This document shows positions 29,020-40,066 of a DNA stretch of 64,000 nt, piece by piece. Source of the stretch: an uncultured Clostridium sp. (GTDB lineage Bacteria; Bacillota; Clostridia; TANB77; CAG-508); assembly GCA_946500265.1 (NCBI GenBank), contig CAMMVE010000002.1, positions 758 to 64,757 of the forward strand, read 5' to 3'. The position numbers and the translations under genes were made by a program. The number at the start of each line of letters is the position of its first letter. Positions within the stretch are counted from its first letter, which is position 1. The notes beneath the pieces were generated by a model. The model worked only from the letters and a program-made list of their open reading frames with translations. It was not told where the DNA came from and did no database searches.

Positions 29020-29982
29020 CTACCCAGATATAAAGTTTTGTCCTACTAATGTTAAATCCATAAAATGTTCATTATTTTTAAATGTATGTTTTGCTTTTTC
29101 TACTAGCATAAAATTTTTTAGTTTAACATCACCTAAATCTAAATTTACAATAATAAGAGAACCACCCCTAACACGAACATCTCCAAGTGCATTTTTTATC
29201 TGAAGACTTCTTGTTTTTTGATTATACAAATCTAATAATGCTCTTGCTTTTACTGCTCCATTTGTTTTTTCATCTATGGTATCAAAATATTGTAATACAC
29301 CCCATTTTTCTATATTACTTGAATCCTTTGCCATATATATTTCTCTTTTTCCCGTTTCTGAATTGTCATATGTTAACTTTATTTGATTATATGTATCTGA
29401 ATCTATTGAACTTTCGTAATCATAGTTTTCTCCTGTTTCTTCATCAATTACTAATCCTACTTTCATTCTTTCTAAATTTTTTAAACATAGTTTTCCATAA
29501 TCATCGTATAACACATACATTTCTTTTCTATTTCTTATTGTTTCATCTAATGCATTCAATATCATATCAAATAAAGATTGATTACTTTCTGCTTTTTTAG
29601 CTATTGCATAACCAGTATTTTCTAATGTTCCTACATTTAACTGATACTCGTTTGCAATCATTTTTACTAATTCATCTGCTCTTTTATTTACATATGTTTT
29701 TGTATCTTTATTTTTCAGATATCTTAATTGGTCATATGCTGTTGTTGTTATAATTTTTTCTTTATCCCTTTTTTTCTTAAAAACAAAACCATAAAATAAA
29801 TTTGTATTATCAACTCTAAATGCAACTGGATTACCTTCTTCAAAATTTATAATATTGTCCTTTACAACTTTAAATTCAAGTTTTCCAGCTGCGCCTTTTC
29901 TTTCAGTTGTCCATGTAACTTCATCTTGAATTACTGGTTCATATACAGTGTTTCCATTTTGAATTAATAATTGTTGACTCAT
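29020..29982 (-). CDS. XkdQ-like tail/baseplate hub protein (late control D-like)
   Basis: 320 aa, between the LysM protein and the plug protein. Confidence 0.55.
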   Translation of the reverse strand: MSQQLLIQNGNTVYEPVIQDEVTWTTERKGAAGKLEFKVVKDNIINFEEGNPVAFRVDNTNLFYGFVFKKKRDKEKIITTTAYDQLRYLKNKDTKTYVNKRADELVKMIANEYQLNVGTLENTGYAIAKKAESNQSLFDMILNALDETIRNRKEMYVLYDDYGKLCLKNLERMKVGLVIDEETGENYDYESSIDSDTYNQIKLTYDNSETGKREIYMAKDSSNIEKWGVLQYFDTIDEKTNGAVKARALLDLYNQKTRSLQIKNALGDVRVRGGSLIIVNLDLGDVKLKNFMLVEKAKHTFKNNEHFMDLTLVGQNFISG

Positions 29983-29991
29983 CTTTTTCTC

Positions 29992-30669
29992 CTATGCTGG
30001 TATCCATAACACTTGATTAGGATATATTAAGTTAGGGTTTTTTATTTTATCTCTATTCGCATTGTAAATCTTAGTATATTGGCTTCCGTTTCCATAAAAT
30101 TTCTTTGCTATATTCCATAAACAATCTCCACTTCTTACTGTGTAATTTTGACCACTAGGTTTTGATGCTGCAGCTGTATTATTAGTAGTTACCGTTCTTG
30201 TTACCACTGGTGGTTTATATTGTTTTATTGTTACTTTAACAGTTTTTGTAGAATACTCTCTATATTGCTTTAATTTGATTTTTACTGTAGTATCAAAACC
30301 TTCATCAGTTGAGTCTGTTATTGTGTAATCTTCTAATGATACTTTAATATTTGTGTCAAATATACCTGTACCATTAGGAAATTTCCTAATAACTATGAAT
30401 TGAAATGCAGATTTATTTACTTTTAAATTTTCTAGTATTCCTAAAAAATATTTAGCATTTTGAAAATTGTTTTTATAGGTAGCAAATGGATACTTTACAT
30501 TTGGAAGTAATATATCAAATTCTATACTTGTTAATCCTGGACTTTTTAAAACATTTATTTCTGAGTAGTTCATCAAATCATAAGTTTTATTTTGATTACT
30601 AATTTTTAATTCTAATTTTTTAGGAGGAATGGGAAGAAGCACATTTCCTAAATAAAAATAATATGCCAT
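29992..30669 (-). CDS. LysM-domain tail protein (XkdP-like)
   Basis: C-terminus YTVRSGDCLWNIAKKFYGNGSQYTKIYNANRDKIKNPNLIYPNQVLWIP is a LysM domain. Confidence 0.8.
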   Translation of the reverse strand: MAYYFYLGNVLLPIPPKKLELKISNQNKTYDLMNYSEINVLKSPGLTSIEFDILLPNVKYPFATYKNNFQNAKYFLGILENLKVNKSAFQFIVIRKFPNGTGIFDTNIKVSLEDYTITDSTDEGFDTTVKIKLKQYREYSTKTVKVTIKQYKPPVVTRTVTTNNTAAASKPSGQNYTVRSGDCLWNIAKKFYGNGSQYTKIYNANRDKIKNPNLIYPNQVLWIPA

Positions 30670-30683
30670 AGATTCTTTCCTCC

Positions 30684-33024
30684 TTATTCATGTACTCCAT
30701 CAGAAACATATTCTAGTTCTTCTTCTAATCGAGTAGTTAATTTATTAGTTACTTGATCTACAATTCCGTCTATATCTTGTTCGCCATTTATACTGTTGTT
30801 ATTTGTTAAATTAATTGTTAATGGTACAGTTGTGAATCTATTAATTGTATCTCTTTCAGCTAAATCGATTAAATATTTCAAATCTTCTTCTGATATTTCA
30901 GCAGTATTATTTGCAATATCTTTGGTATTTCCAGCAATATCTCCAAGAGTACCTGCATTATCCGTTCCAAAGCCTGATGTATCTAAAGAAAAATTACTTA
31001 GTGCATTTTTTACTGCATCTCCAGCACCTTTAGCCCAATCATTTCTACTATCAACTCTATCTTGTCTAGTAGAATTTAATTCTATTGCTTTATTTTGAAT
31101 ATTAGTAGCAGAAGCACTAAGGTCTGTTCCCATTTTTCCCTTAATAGTATTTATTTGGTCCATAGTCCCATCCATTTGGCTAGCCATTTCTTGCAATTTT
31201 GAATTTCTGTCAATAATATTATTTGCCATTTTATCTGCAAAATCATCTGCAAAATGTGCTGCCTCGACTGTGTCTATTTCAACTCCTGGTATTTTATTTA
31301 ATACTGTTATGATTGCATTAACAATAGATACTATTCCGTTATATAAGCCTTGAAATATTGTTAATACTCCAAGACAAACAGCTTCAACTCCAGTTTGGAA
31401 ACCATACCAGGCTGTCATTAAACCTAATACAACAGTTTGAATTCCAAGCCATAAAAATAATGCAGCTAATTGTAATGCATACCAAACTGCTTGTATTCCT
31501 AATCCTGCCGCCATAATTCCTAATTGTAAAGCATCCCATAAATATAAAATACCATACGCAACTTGATCGTTGGTAAACCATAGGTATGCTAAAACTGCTA
31601 TCAATGCAATAATTAATATTACAATCCATGTAATTGGACAAGCAAGTAATGCAGTATTCAATCCCCATTGTGCAGCAGTAGCTGATAATGTTGCTCCAGC
31701 TTGCATCATACTAGCAGCAGCTTGTATTCCTTGTACTAAACTCATAATTGCCAATACTCCACTTACAATTCCAGAAATAATATTAAATGCTACATATGCA
31801 GCGACTATTCCAAGAATTACTGGTGCAACTGGTTCTAATACACTTACTAACCATGATATACCTTCAATTAATGCTAATATTGCTTGTGCCGCTAAACTTG
31901 CTCCATTTATAAACATATTAAACATTTCTTGAACTTGTTGATTATTTGCCAATTCATTTATTTTTACTAATACTGGATCCAATGCTTTAATAGCCACATT
32001 TTTAATTCTAGTCCAAATTTGTGCCCATGTCATAGGCATTTTATTATATCTTGCATTTATTTGGTCTGCAGAAGCAAACATGGCATTTTTTATGATATCT
32101 GCTGTAATTAATCCTTCAGAGGATAATTCTTTTAACTCTCCTTTAGATTTTCCTGTATATTCAGCAATTGCCTCAGCTAAAAGTGGTGCATTTTCCATAA
32201 TAGAACGGAACTCGTCTCCTTGTAATTTGCCGTGCTGCCATTGCTTGAGTCAATTGATACATCGCTGCTGTCTGCTCTTGAATACTTGCTCCAGAAATAG
32301 CAAAGTTTTTATTCATAAGCTCTGTAAAAGCAACTATTTCATCAGTACTTTCAAAACTTTCTCCTGCTAATATTCCTAATTTAGATACTACACTTGTTGT
32401 TGCAAGAAAATCTGATCTTGTTCTATTAGACATAGCAAAAATTTTATTTTCTAAATCAGCGACACTACCATTGTCATCTACAATTAATTCCAATCTAGCC
32501 CTATTACTTGTTGTTGCATCAGACAGATCAACTACACCTTTTACTGCAGTAATTCCACCAAGAGTAAGAGCAATATTCTTTATCGTACTTAAAAGGGTAT
32601 TACTACTAGTATTTGCAGTATTTATACTATTGTTAAATTGCTCTTGATTATCATGTCCATTTTTTATACTTTTTGCAACGTTATCATAATTCCCTTTTAA
32701 ACTTTGTACTAAACTTCTTTGCTCTCTTACACTCGCTATAATGTCTTGTGCTCTTGCTGTCTGAGTACCTTCAGCAGCTATTATTTTTCTTGCTTCAGCT
32801 TCTACTTGTCTTAATACTTGCAATTCTGCTTGATAAGTTAATTCTGTTTGTAAAGCTGATTGATTTAATTTTTCGGCATTGTTTATAGCTTTTGTAGGTG
32901 CAACTGACATTTCATTATTTAAATTTTTAAAACCTCTAGTTGTTCTATTTAGATTTGAATTTATCCTAGCGAAAACAGAGGAAGCCATATCTTGAACCAC
33001 TATTGAACTTCTTATAGTAGCCAT
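30684..33024 (-). CDS. tail tape measure protein; two track pieces joined by a +1 shift at in-frame CGG 32232..32230 (CGG-C)
   Basis: GCA GCA C GGC AAA TTA CAA GGA GAC GAG TTC CGT gives QLTQAMAA-G-KLQGDEFRSIMENAPLLAEAI, the conserved TMP core motif. A long hydrophobic/Gly-Ala-rich middle follows. Confidence 0.85.
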
Positions 33025-33056
33025 ATTTTCCTCCTTTTAGAAAAAATAAGATATTT

Positions 33057-33637
33057 TTACTTTTTCTTTATTTTAGCTGCCTCTCTCTTCTCATCTTCTA
33101 CTCTTAATTGTATTGATGCAATGACAAAGGCTTTTTCTTTAAAATCTAAATTTAAAAATTCATGCGGAAATCTATGAAGTTTTTGAAGGCAAAAGTGAGC
33201 ATATACAGCTTCACTATCACCTTCTTGAATTAGTTTTTTGCTTCTTCAACCGCATCCTCTAAACTATAACCATTTATTCTTTGAATTTCAGACATAAGAT
33301 CATCATATTCTCCTGGATTTAATAAATGTTTTTTTAGTAATTTAATTGAATCCATTTCTCCATAAAAGTTTTGTAAATCTACATTGTGTAGATCTGGATA
33401 AACAATACATTTATCTGCTAATAATTCTAAATATTTTACAGTATCAAATTCTTGTTTCATTCTTTTTCCAGCTTGAACTTGTTTATAACATTGTTTCCTT
33501 ATATTATCATTCTCATCTGCAGTAATAGTTTTTAATTTCCATTTTTCAATGTTTCCTTCTTTATCTTTAAATCTACTTGAAGCAATATATTCTACTTCTT
33601 TTACTTCATCTTTCAACATAAAACTTTCTAAACTCAT
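33057..33637 (-). CDS. tail assembly chaperone (XkdN-like); short form 33230..33637 plus a -1 frameshift-extended form ending at 33057
   Basis: The short ORF ends ...EDAVEEAKN. The -1 frame after A_AAA_AAC is open for about 60 codons: KKLIQEGDSEAVYAHFCLQKLHRFPHEFLNLDFKEKAFVIASIQLRVEDEKREAAKIKKK. Canonical gpG/gpGT arrangement upstream of the TMP. Confidence 0.7.
33233..33239 (-). promoter_or_regulatory. -1 programmed frameshift slippery heptamer A_AAA_AAC
   Basis: Minus strand GCA AAA AAC TAA. The heptamer sits on the last two codons of the chaperone ORF. Confidence 0.6.
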
Positions 33638-33675
33638 ATCTTATCTTTCCTTTCTAGTTTTAATTTTTTTGCTTA

Positions 33676-34149
33676 TTATTGCATACCTGCTAGTTGTGTA
33701 AATTTAGTTGGATTTGCAAAGTCTTCAAATGTGAAGTTTATTTCTTGTTCTAAGAAATCTCCATCAACATCAAATGCTGCTAAAACTCCACCATCAACAT
33801 TACATCCTTTGAATACCATTGTACAAATTCCTGCTGCAGATGTAGGATCATCATTTGTTACCTGGATATCAAAATACACATCTTCTCCTGTGTTTTTATA
33901 TCTTTCCATTAATTCATCAAATATTGATGTGTTTTTATATATAGTAATTTTACCTGTTCCTTTCCAACCTGTTGATTTGTTACCAGAACCAGTTTTACCT
34001 AATATATTAATTTCCTTTTTTGTTTTCTCAAATTTTGCCTCAAAATCTTTACCTTGCATTAACAAATATCTTCTATTTTCAATTGTAACAAAGCATTCAG
34101 CTAGTTTTGCACTAATGGCATCCTTTGCATTCATTGTTATATTAGCCAT
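33676..34149 (-). CDS. tail tube protein (XkdM-like)
   Basis: 157 aa immediately after the sheath gene. MANITMNAKDAISAKLAECFVTIENRRY is typical. Confidence 0.75.
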   Translation of the reverse strand: MANITMNAKDAISAKLAECFVTIENRRYLLMQGKDFEAKFEKTKKEINILGKTGSGNKSTGWKGTGKITIYKNTSIFDELMERYKNTGEDVYFDIQVTNDDPTSAAGICTMVFKGCNVDGGVLAAFDVDGDFLEQEINFTFEDFANPTKFTQLAGMQ

Positions 34150-34200
34150 TTCTTAATTCCTCCTTATAAAAAAATTAAGAGAACAATTACTTGTCCCCTT

Positions 34201-35493
34201 TTATTCTACAACTACTGTCATATATAATTTTTCCATTGCATTAATTACCTGTACACTTGTATTAATAGTTACTGACTTTTTATCATTTCCTATTTCAACA
34301 CTTATATCATCATCTTCAAAATTTTCAATTGCTTGAAGAGTTTGATAATCTTTAAACAATGTAACAATATCGCTCCAAAGTGAAGTTCTTCCAGCTTCAT
34401 TGTTTGCTATTTTTCCGAGATATTTAGAATTAAATACACTAGCAACGTCTGAAGCAATTTGATCTAATACTCTTATTGTTTGATTAGATTTGAATACCTC
34501 TCCTTTTTCACTTGTTGTATCTACTAAGCTATTAATGTCTACTAACACTCTAATTTCGTCTCCAACTTTATGAAGTACAAATTCCCCATTATCAATTGAG
34601 GTTTCTAATTGAGCTTGTGTGTAATCAGCATTTATAGTATATTCTCCATCATATGTCTTGTTTGTATTTGATTTATTTATTTCGCAACCAGCAATTACTC
34701 CGGTTACCCAATAAACAAGTGCTGATTCATCCTCAACAGTAGAATTTTTAACATTCACAACACCTTCATAATTTGCAGCATTATTATATAATACTACTTG
34801 GAACTTTATACCTTGTTCATCTCTTAATCTTTTAACATATTGAACATACAAATTAGATGTAGACTGATCTTTTGCAGTACAACCTACTGCATTTACTTGA
34901 TATGACTCTAATTTATCTAGGAAATTCTGATGAGCTTCTCCACTTACATCTCCATTTGTTCCTCCAGTTAAAGCTTTACCTGCAGTAACTTCAAGAGTTT
35001 CCATAGTAAATGTTACATAATCATTATCTACTAATTCACTAACTTGTTTTATGGTTTGTTTATCAACCTCTTTTGTTCCTAAATATGTACTAACATCATA
35101 TTTAGTATCATTATCTATATTTTTTGCAACTACTATTCTCAAATCATTTCCTCGTGTACCACTACATTTTGCAGTAGCAATATCCGTTGTTGCTTTATTT
35201 CCAGAATTTAATCTATAAAAATATGCTTTTTTAATATTTTTAAATAGATCTCTTAATCCTTTTAATTTTTCATTCGAATAATCATATCCAAATATTTTTA
35301 AAGAATCTTTTGCAAAACTTTCAGATGTGACTTCAATTATTTCTCCATCTTTTCCCCAGTCCATTTCAATTGCCATTGCAGCTACTCCTCTTTCTCCAAT
35401 TGATGATGAGGCACTTTGTGCAGATGCAAAATTAATATATGTACCAGGTAATTTTTTATTTTGGCTTATAAAAGTTCCTCCGCCTAATGACAT
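34201..35493 (-). CDS. contractile tail sheath protein (XkdK-like)
   Basis: 430 aa. MSLGGGTFISQNKKLPGTYINF is a typical N-terminus for the family. Confidence 0.8.
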   Translation of the reverse strand: MSLGGGTFISQNKKLPGTYINFASAQSASSSIGERGVAAMAIEMDWGKDGEIIEVTSESFAKDSLKIFGYDYSNEKLKGLRDLFKNIKKAYFYRLNSGNKATTDIATAKCSGTRGNDLRIVVAKNIDNDTKYDVSTYLGTKEVDKQTIKQVSELVDNDYVTFTMETLEVTAGKALTGGTNGDVSGEAHQNFLDKLESYQVNAVGCTAKDQSTSNLYVQYVKRLRDEQGIKFQVVLYNNAANYEGVVNVKNSTVEDESALVYWVTGVIAGCEINKSNTNKTYDGEYTINADYTQAQLETSIDNGEFVLHKVGDEIRVLVDINSLVDTTSEKGEVFKSNQTIRVLDQIASDVASVFNSKYLGKIANNEAGRTSLWSDIVTLFKDYQTLQAIENFEDDDISVEIGNDKKSVTINTSVQVINAMEKLYMTVVVE

Positions 35494-35494
35494 A

Positions 35495-35680
35495 TTAGTT
35501 CACCTTTCCTTTCTTATAATTTTCAATTATTTTATTAATTTCTTTTTTACTATAGCTTTTATCTTCTAACACAGCATTTAATAAATCTCTGTTATTAATA
35601 AAAGTTTTAGAATTAACAATTTGCTCTTTTGAAAATTTATCTTCAGTTACTTTTTTTATTTCCTTTTTAGATGTTCTCAT
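35495..35680 (-). CDS. small hypothetical structural-module protein
   Basis: 61 aa, tightly packed between the connector genes and the sheath gene. Confidence 0.4.
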   Translation of the reverse strand: MRTSKKEIKKVTEDKFSKEQIVNSKTFINNRDLLNAVLEDKSYSKKEINKIIENYKKGKVN

Positions 35681-36122
35681 CTTTTTTTACCTCCCCAGTC
35701 AAATCATAATTATCCATTTTAATTGTTGTAGTTTCATCTTTCTTAATAAATATTTCATAGTCTATAAAGAAATGTAAAATCCCATCTTCAACTTCTGGGT
35801 GTAATTTATAAGCTCGTAATAGAGTCTTATCAGTAAGTTCTATATATTCTAGTTCATATAAATTATCTATCATATCGTATAGAATATCAGAATTTCCATC
35901 TTCTGTATAACCTATAATTACAAAATTTAATTTATCTTTATAAAATCTATCTTGTAATCCTATTTCTCTATTTTCTTCGCCTTTTAAATATTTAATAAAA
36001 AAACAAGGTTTATCAACCCCTTGTTGCTCTCCATCAGTATAAATAGGATATTTATTCTCATATATTTTATTAATTTTTGTAGCTATACCGATTACTACTT
36101 CTTTTACAACACTATCAACCAT
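35667..36122 (-). CDS. tail completion/terminator-type protein (XkdJ position)
   Basis: 151 aa. Assigned by position only. Confidence 0.4.
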   Translation of the reverse strand: MVDSVVKEVVIGIATKINKIYENKYPIYTDGEQQGVDKPCFFIKYLKGEENREIGLQDRFYKDKLNFVIIGYTEDGNSDILYDMIDNLYELEYIELTDKTLLRAYKLHPEVEDGILHFFIDYEIFIKKDETTTIKMDNYDLTGEVKKDENI

Positions 36123-36666
36123 TATTAAAACACTCCTCTATATATTTTTTCATTTTTCTTTCAATCAATGCGGGAATTTCAGATTCTAGTTCTTTTTCAG
36201 ATATAGTCAACATATATTTTCCTTCAACCCAAGATGCTTTTAATCTTTTACCTATTGCTGGCACATATCTTCCTGGTTCTTGACGATGGCCATATTCGAC
36301 ATAAGAAGCATATTTAACAGGGTTTTCTACAATTATTATATAATTGTTTCCCATTCTAGCAATTCTTAAAGATTTTGCATATGTTGTTGCATCTGGTACT
36401 GCTCCTCCCTCAGCTTCTGCTTCAGTATTAGCAGTCCATCCTCTTCTTAGTGTTCCTCCACTTTTTATTGTGTACCTTTTTCCACCTTTAACCTCAAAAC
36501 TTCCTTGACCTACTGGTGTTCTTGGAATTACTTTAGAGAGTAATCTTGCAGCAAGTTCTTTTGCTACCTCTTGACAAAATCTGTCTATATCTATTTTAGA
36601 TAATCTTTCAAATTGCTTTTGCAATTTTTCTATCTCACTAAAATCACACTCTCCCCATTTAGCCAT
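36115..36666 (-). CDS. HK97 gp10-family head-tail joining protein
   Basis: 183 aa. ...VIPRTPVGQGSF...GGTLRRGW... is the usual gp10-family pattern. Confidence 0.6.
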   Translation of the reverse strand: MAKWGECDFSEIEKLQKQFERLSKIDIDRFCQEVAKELAARLLSKVIPRTPVGQGSFEVKGGKRYTIKSGGTLRRGWTANTEAEAEGGAVPDATTYAKSLRIARMGNNYIIIVENPVKYASYVEYGHRQEPGRYVPAIGKRLKASWVEGKYMLTISEKELESEIPALIERKMKKYIEECFNNG

Positions 36667-36667
36667 A

Positions 36668-37042
36668 TTAAGCCCAACCTTTCCATAGCTCGAGCATTAT
36701 TTCTTGATGTGTGTTATAAATAGCTGGTTCTCCACTATTTTTATATGTCGTGGTTCTACCTCTTCCGGTAACAACAATTTTGCTTCCAGGTTTAATTACT
36801 AATTCTGGTGCTATAAATAATTTGATTTTCTGATTTTTTTTAGATTCGGTATCTGTTTCTGTATTTACGTATATATCTTCAAAAGAAATTCTACAAGGCT
36901 TTTGTGACTCGACAGTAACTTCGTTTTTATTTTTTGTAATATTATTTTCTACTACTGATTGTTGCTCTATAATATCACAAACAGAATCATAATTACTTTC
37001 TATTTCTTTTCTAGCTATAGCAATATAATCCATAGTTACCAC
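36668..37042 (-). CDS. head-tail adaptor / head closure protein
   Basis: 124 aa. Assigned by position only. Confidence 0.4.
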   Translation of the reverse strand: MVTMDYIAIARKEIESNYDSVCDIIEQQSVVENNITKNKNEVTVESQKPCRISFEDIYVNTETDTESKKNQKIKLFIAPELVIKPGSKIVVTGRGRTTTYKNSGEPAIYNTHQEIMLELWKGWA

Positions 37043-37503
37043 CTCATCTTTCTATGCCTATATAAATCTTTTTTATACTTTTCTATTAGTCCATCCTCAG
37101 AATATTCAACGGTACCTGTACTATATGTAATACCGTTTATTTCTACTTGTGAATTTGTATCTGCAAAAGTTGTTGTTGTATCACCAATCTGTAAACTTTT
37201 AACCTTTACATTCGATTTAGAATTTCCTTCTTCTTCTGATGTATCGTTAAATAATTTATCATAACCATTTAAATACCAATAATCTTTTGTCATTCTTAAC
37301 CATGTCGTATATAATCCATCTGGTATTTTTTCTTGATGAATAGTATCTAAAATTATAACTAATGTATCTAATAATGAATATTCTACTTGAGCAGTAGTAT
37401 CTGCATTATCTTCTTTTAGTTTTAATTCCTTTATTAACCTTTTCTTTAATGATTCGACATCTATATTGTTTGTCCTTTTTTTTATTTTTTCTAAAACTGA
37501 CAT
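37036..37503 (-). CDS. head-tail connector (gp6-like) protein
   Basis: 155 aa. Assigned by position after the capsid genes. Confidence 0.4.
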   Translation of the reverse strand: MSVLEKIKKRTNNIDVESLKKRLIKELKLKEDNADTTAQVEYSLLDTLVIILDTIHQEKIPDGLYTTWLRMTKDYWYLNGYDKLFNDTSEEEGNSKSNVKVKSLQIGDTTTTFADTNSQVEINGITYSTGTVEYSEDGLIEKYKKDLYRHRKMRW

Positions 37504-37511
37504 AATATCAC

Positions 37512-37976
37512 CTACTCTCCTTCTGGATTTTGGTTTTCTCCTGATTCAGGTTCTTTTTCTTCAATCTTTTTTATGATTGTTTCTTTTTTCATATTATGAG
37601 TTACAGTAATTCCTAATTCTTTTGCTCTTTCTTTTAATGCTTCTAATTCTTCGTCTTCGCCTTCATTATCTTCTCCATTTTCTCCTGTATCTTCTTGAGT
37701 ATTCTCGCCAATATTATCTTCTGACTCTTCCTTGGGCTGTTCTTCACTAATTTCTTTTTCTGTTTCATTGGCACCGACATTTATGTCGCTACCATCAACA
37801 CTTTTGTTTTCTTCCTTTAATTTTGTATTTGGATTTTCTTCTATTTCTTCAATAACTTCTACATATTCTTTGTTCTCTTCATACTGTGCTTCATCTATTA
37901 CTGCTACTTCATTAATATAACACCATATATTATTTAGCTTAACTCCTGGACCTTTTACTCTTACTTTTCTTTTCAT
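37512..37976 (-). CDS. acidic protein with a Rho-N/SAP-like motif
   Basis: 154 aa, a long Glu-rich stretch, then EELEALKERAKELGITVTHNMKKETIIKKIEE. Confidence 0.45.
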   Translation of the reverse strand: MKRKVRVKGPGVKLNNIWCYINEVAVIDEAQYEENKEYVEVIEEIEENPNTKLKEENKSVDGSDINVGANETEKEISEEQPKEESEDNIGENTQEDTGENGEDNEGEDEELEALKERAKELGITVTHNMKKETIIKKIEEKEPESGENQNPEGE

Positions 37977-38021
37977 TTTTTTCTCCTTTCAAAATAAGAT
38001 AAAGGCTTATTCGCCTTTATC

Positions 38022-39041
38022 TTATGATAATTTCATAGTAGCTTGGAATACCTCATCTGAGTATGGGAATGTTGGAAGTGCAGTAGCCACAGCCTTTTCC
38101 CATGTTGATACAGGATCCTTATCCTCTTCATATACCATAGCTAATATTTTTCCTACTTGTCTAATATCTATTGATGGATCTCTTTGAAGTCTAATTTCTT
38201 CTGCAGTTGGACCATATAATGTTTCTCCTAATTTTCCTTCTGGGAACATTACAAATGAATCCTCTGGGAAGTATCTTTTTATTTCTTCTGTTCCATCCTC
38301 TTTTACCTTTCTATATACCTCATCATAAGTATATATTTTTGGTAATTTTAAACTTTCTAAGTAAGTGTTTAATTCTCCAATACTAGCTATTCTTGTTGTA
38401 TCTTTACCAAATAAAGCATTAACAACGTTTTGATTTGAAAGAATTTTTGCTAATACAGTATTAGAAGTTAAAGCTCTCTTTGGTTTAACAGTCATTTTAT
38501 TGTACCAAGAAATCATATCATTGATAGGATTTGCTGTTGCTATACTCCAATCAACATTTGCAACTTTATGTGCTGCTGGAATACCATAATCAATAACCGC
38601 ATCTAAACCATTTTCATCTAAAGTTACTGTTCCTTTTGCAAGAATTTCCATTCTCATTACTTCTACTCTAGCTCTAACACCTTGAACTAATGCATCTATA
38701 TCATCATATACTTCTTGCATTAATTCTTCTTTTTCTGCTTCGTTTCTAGGTGATTCTAAAGCAATTATATCTTCCTCTGTTAAAGGTAATTTTCTTTTGA
38801 TTAATGCTAATTCAATAGCTTTCTTTTGTGCTTTTCTTTGACCGATTTCAGATTCTGTATCAAACCCATGCACACTTGCAATAACTGGTGTTTTACTTTT
38901 ATTTACAATCATATCAAATTTTAATGATCTTTTCTTTACTTCTGGGAATAATTCCTCTCCCATTAATGCAGGATATTTTCTATCCTTTTGATAATTTAAA
39001 ACTTCTTTTTGACTAAATAATTCTAATACACTTTTTCCCAT
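38022..39041 (-). CDS. major capsid protein (lambda gpE / XkdG family)
   Basis: 339 aa downstream of the scaffold gene. Size and N-terminal pattern (...KDRKYPALMGEELFPEVKKRSLKFDMI) fit capsid protein E-like proteins. Confidence 0.7.
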   Translation of the reverse strand: MGKSVLELFSQKEVLNYQKDRKYPALMGEELFPEVKKRSLKFDMIVNKSKTPVIASVHGFDTESEIGQRKAQKKAIELALIKRKLPLTEEDIIALESPRNEAEKEELMQEVYDDIDALVQGVRARVEVMRMEILAKGTVTLDENGLDAVIDYGIPAAHKVANVDWSIATANPINDMISWYNKMTVKPKRALTSNTVLAKILSNQNVVNALFGKDTTRIASIGELNTYLESLKLPKIYTYDEVYRKVKEDGTEEIKRYFPEDSFVMFPEGKLGETLYGPTAEEIRLQRDPSIDIRQVGKILAMVYEEDKDPVSTWEKAVATALPTFPYSDEVFQATMKLS

Positions 39042-39066
39042 TATAATTTCCTCCTATTTTTTTATT

Positions 39067-39435
39067 TTATCCTTGTAATTCTGTTTGTTCAGAGTCAGCT
39101 TCTGCTGGTTCTTGTTCTTCATATTCGTCTTTAAAATGAATACCTGTCATTGTTGCTTTATCTTCTGCAGATATTGTTTCTGGTAATCTTGCTGCTAGTA
39201 CCCAGCCTTCATACATAACTGCACCTGGTTGTTTACCTTCTGTTACATCAACATCATTAAATACTAAACCAATAGCAACCCCATTTGAATTTCTATAAAC
39301 AGTACCTGCCTTTATGATTTTTCTACCTTTTGCATTTGCTGTTACACCATCTGGACTAAATTGTCTTGTAAAATTACGGTATTTAGCAGATGCTAAAAAA
39401 TTAACTTCATTTACTTCTTCACTTTTAACATACAT
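39067..39435 (-). CDS. small head protein (decoration or accessory), function uncertain
   Basis: 122 aa between the scaffold and capsid genes. Confidence 0.4.
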   Translation of the reverse strand: MYVKSEEVNEVNFLASAKYRNFTRQFSPDGVTANAKGRKIIKAGTVYRNSNGVAIGLVFNDVDVTEGKQPGAVMYEGWVLAARLPETISAEDKATMTGIHFKDEYEEQEPAEADSEQTELQG

Positions 39436-39457
39436 AATAGTTACCTCCTAAATTTTT

Positions 39458-40066
39458 TTAATCAAAGAACTGGCTTTTTTCTGCTTTATCTTCAGCATTA
39501 TTTCTTTTAGCAAAATTAGAAGCCATACTAACTTCGCCATCGCCATCACCTTTGTCTCCTTCTGGATCTACTGGCGAATATCCAGAGGCTTTTTTCTCAA
39601 AGAAATGAGGTGCTTGCTTTTTATAGTTTTCAATTAGTTCTTTTAATCCAACTATTGATTTCTTATCATCAGAAATTTTAGTTTTATCTTTATCTTTGTT
39701 TATTAATGAAATTATTGCTGTTCTTGTAAATTCGTCTTTTAGCACTTTGGCATCATCAAGACCTTTATTTAATAAATCATTATAAACATATTCTTCATTT
39801 TCTTTTTTTGCATTTTCCTCGATTTCTTTAACTTTTTTGTCATATTCTTCTTTTGAAATACTATTTTTTTGTAATTCTGCAATTGCTTTTTCTTTATCTT
39901 CTTTTTCTTTTGTAATGACTTTTTTGTCATTTTCTAGTTGTGCTTTTTCAGATTTTAAGGTTGTAATCTGAGTATTAAGTGCAGCAACCTCTGCACCATT
40001 TTTTGCCATAACAGATTCTACTTGTTCATCTGTTAATCCCATAGCTTTTAGTTCTTCTCTTTTCAT
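39458..40066 (-). CDS. capsid scaffolding protein
   Basis: 202 aa, coiled-coil and Lys/Glu-rich. MKREELKAMGLTDEQVESVMAKNGAEVAALNTQITTLKSEKAQLE is typical. Confidence 0.6.
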   Translation of the reverse strand: MKREELKAMGLTDEQVESVMAKNGAEVAALNTQITTLKSEKAQLENDKKVITKEKEDKEKAIAELQKNSISKEEYDKKVKEIEENAKKENEEYVYNDLLNKGLDDAKVLKDEFTRTAIISLINKDKDKTKISDDKKSIVGLKELIENYKKQAPHFFEKKASGYSPVDPEGDKGDGDGEVSMASNFAKRNNAEDKAEKSQFFD

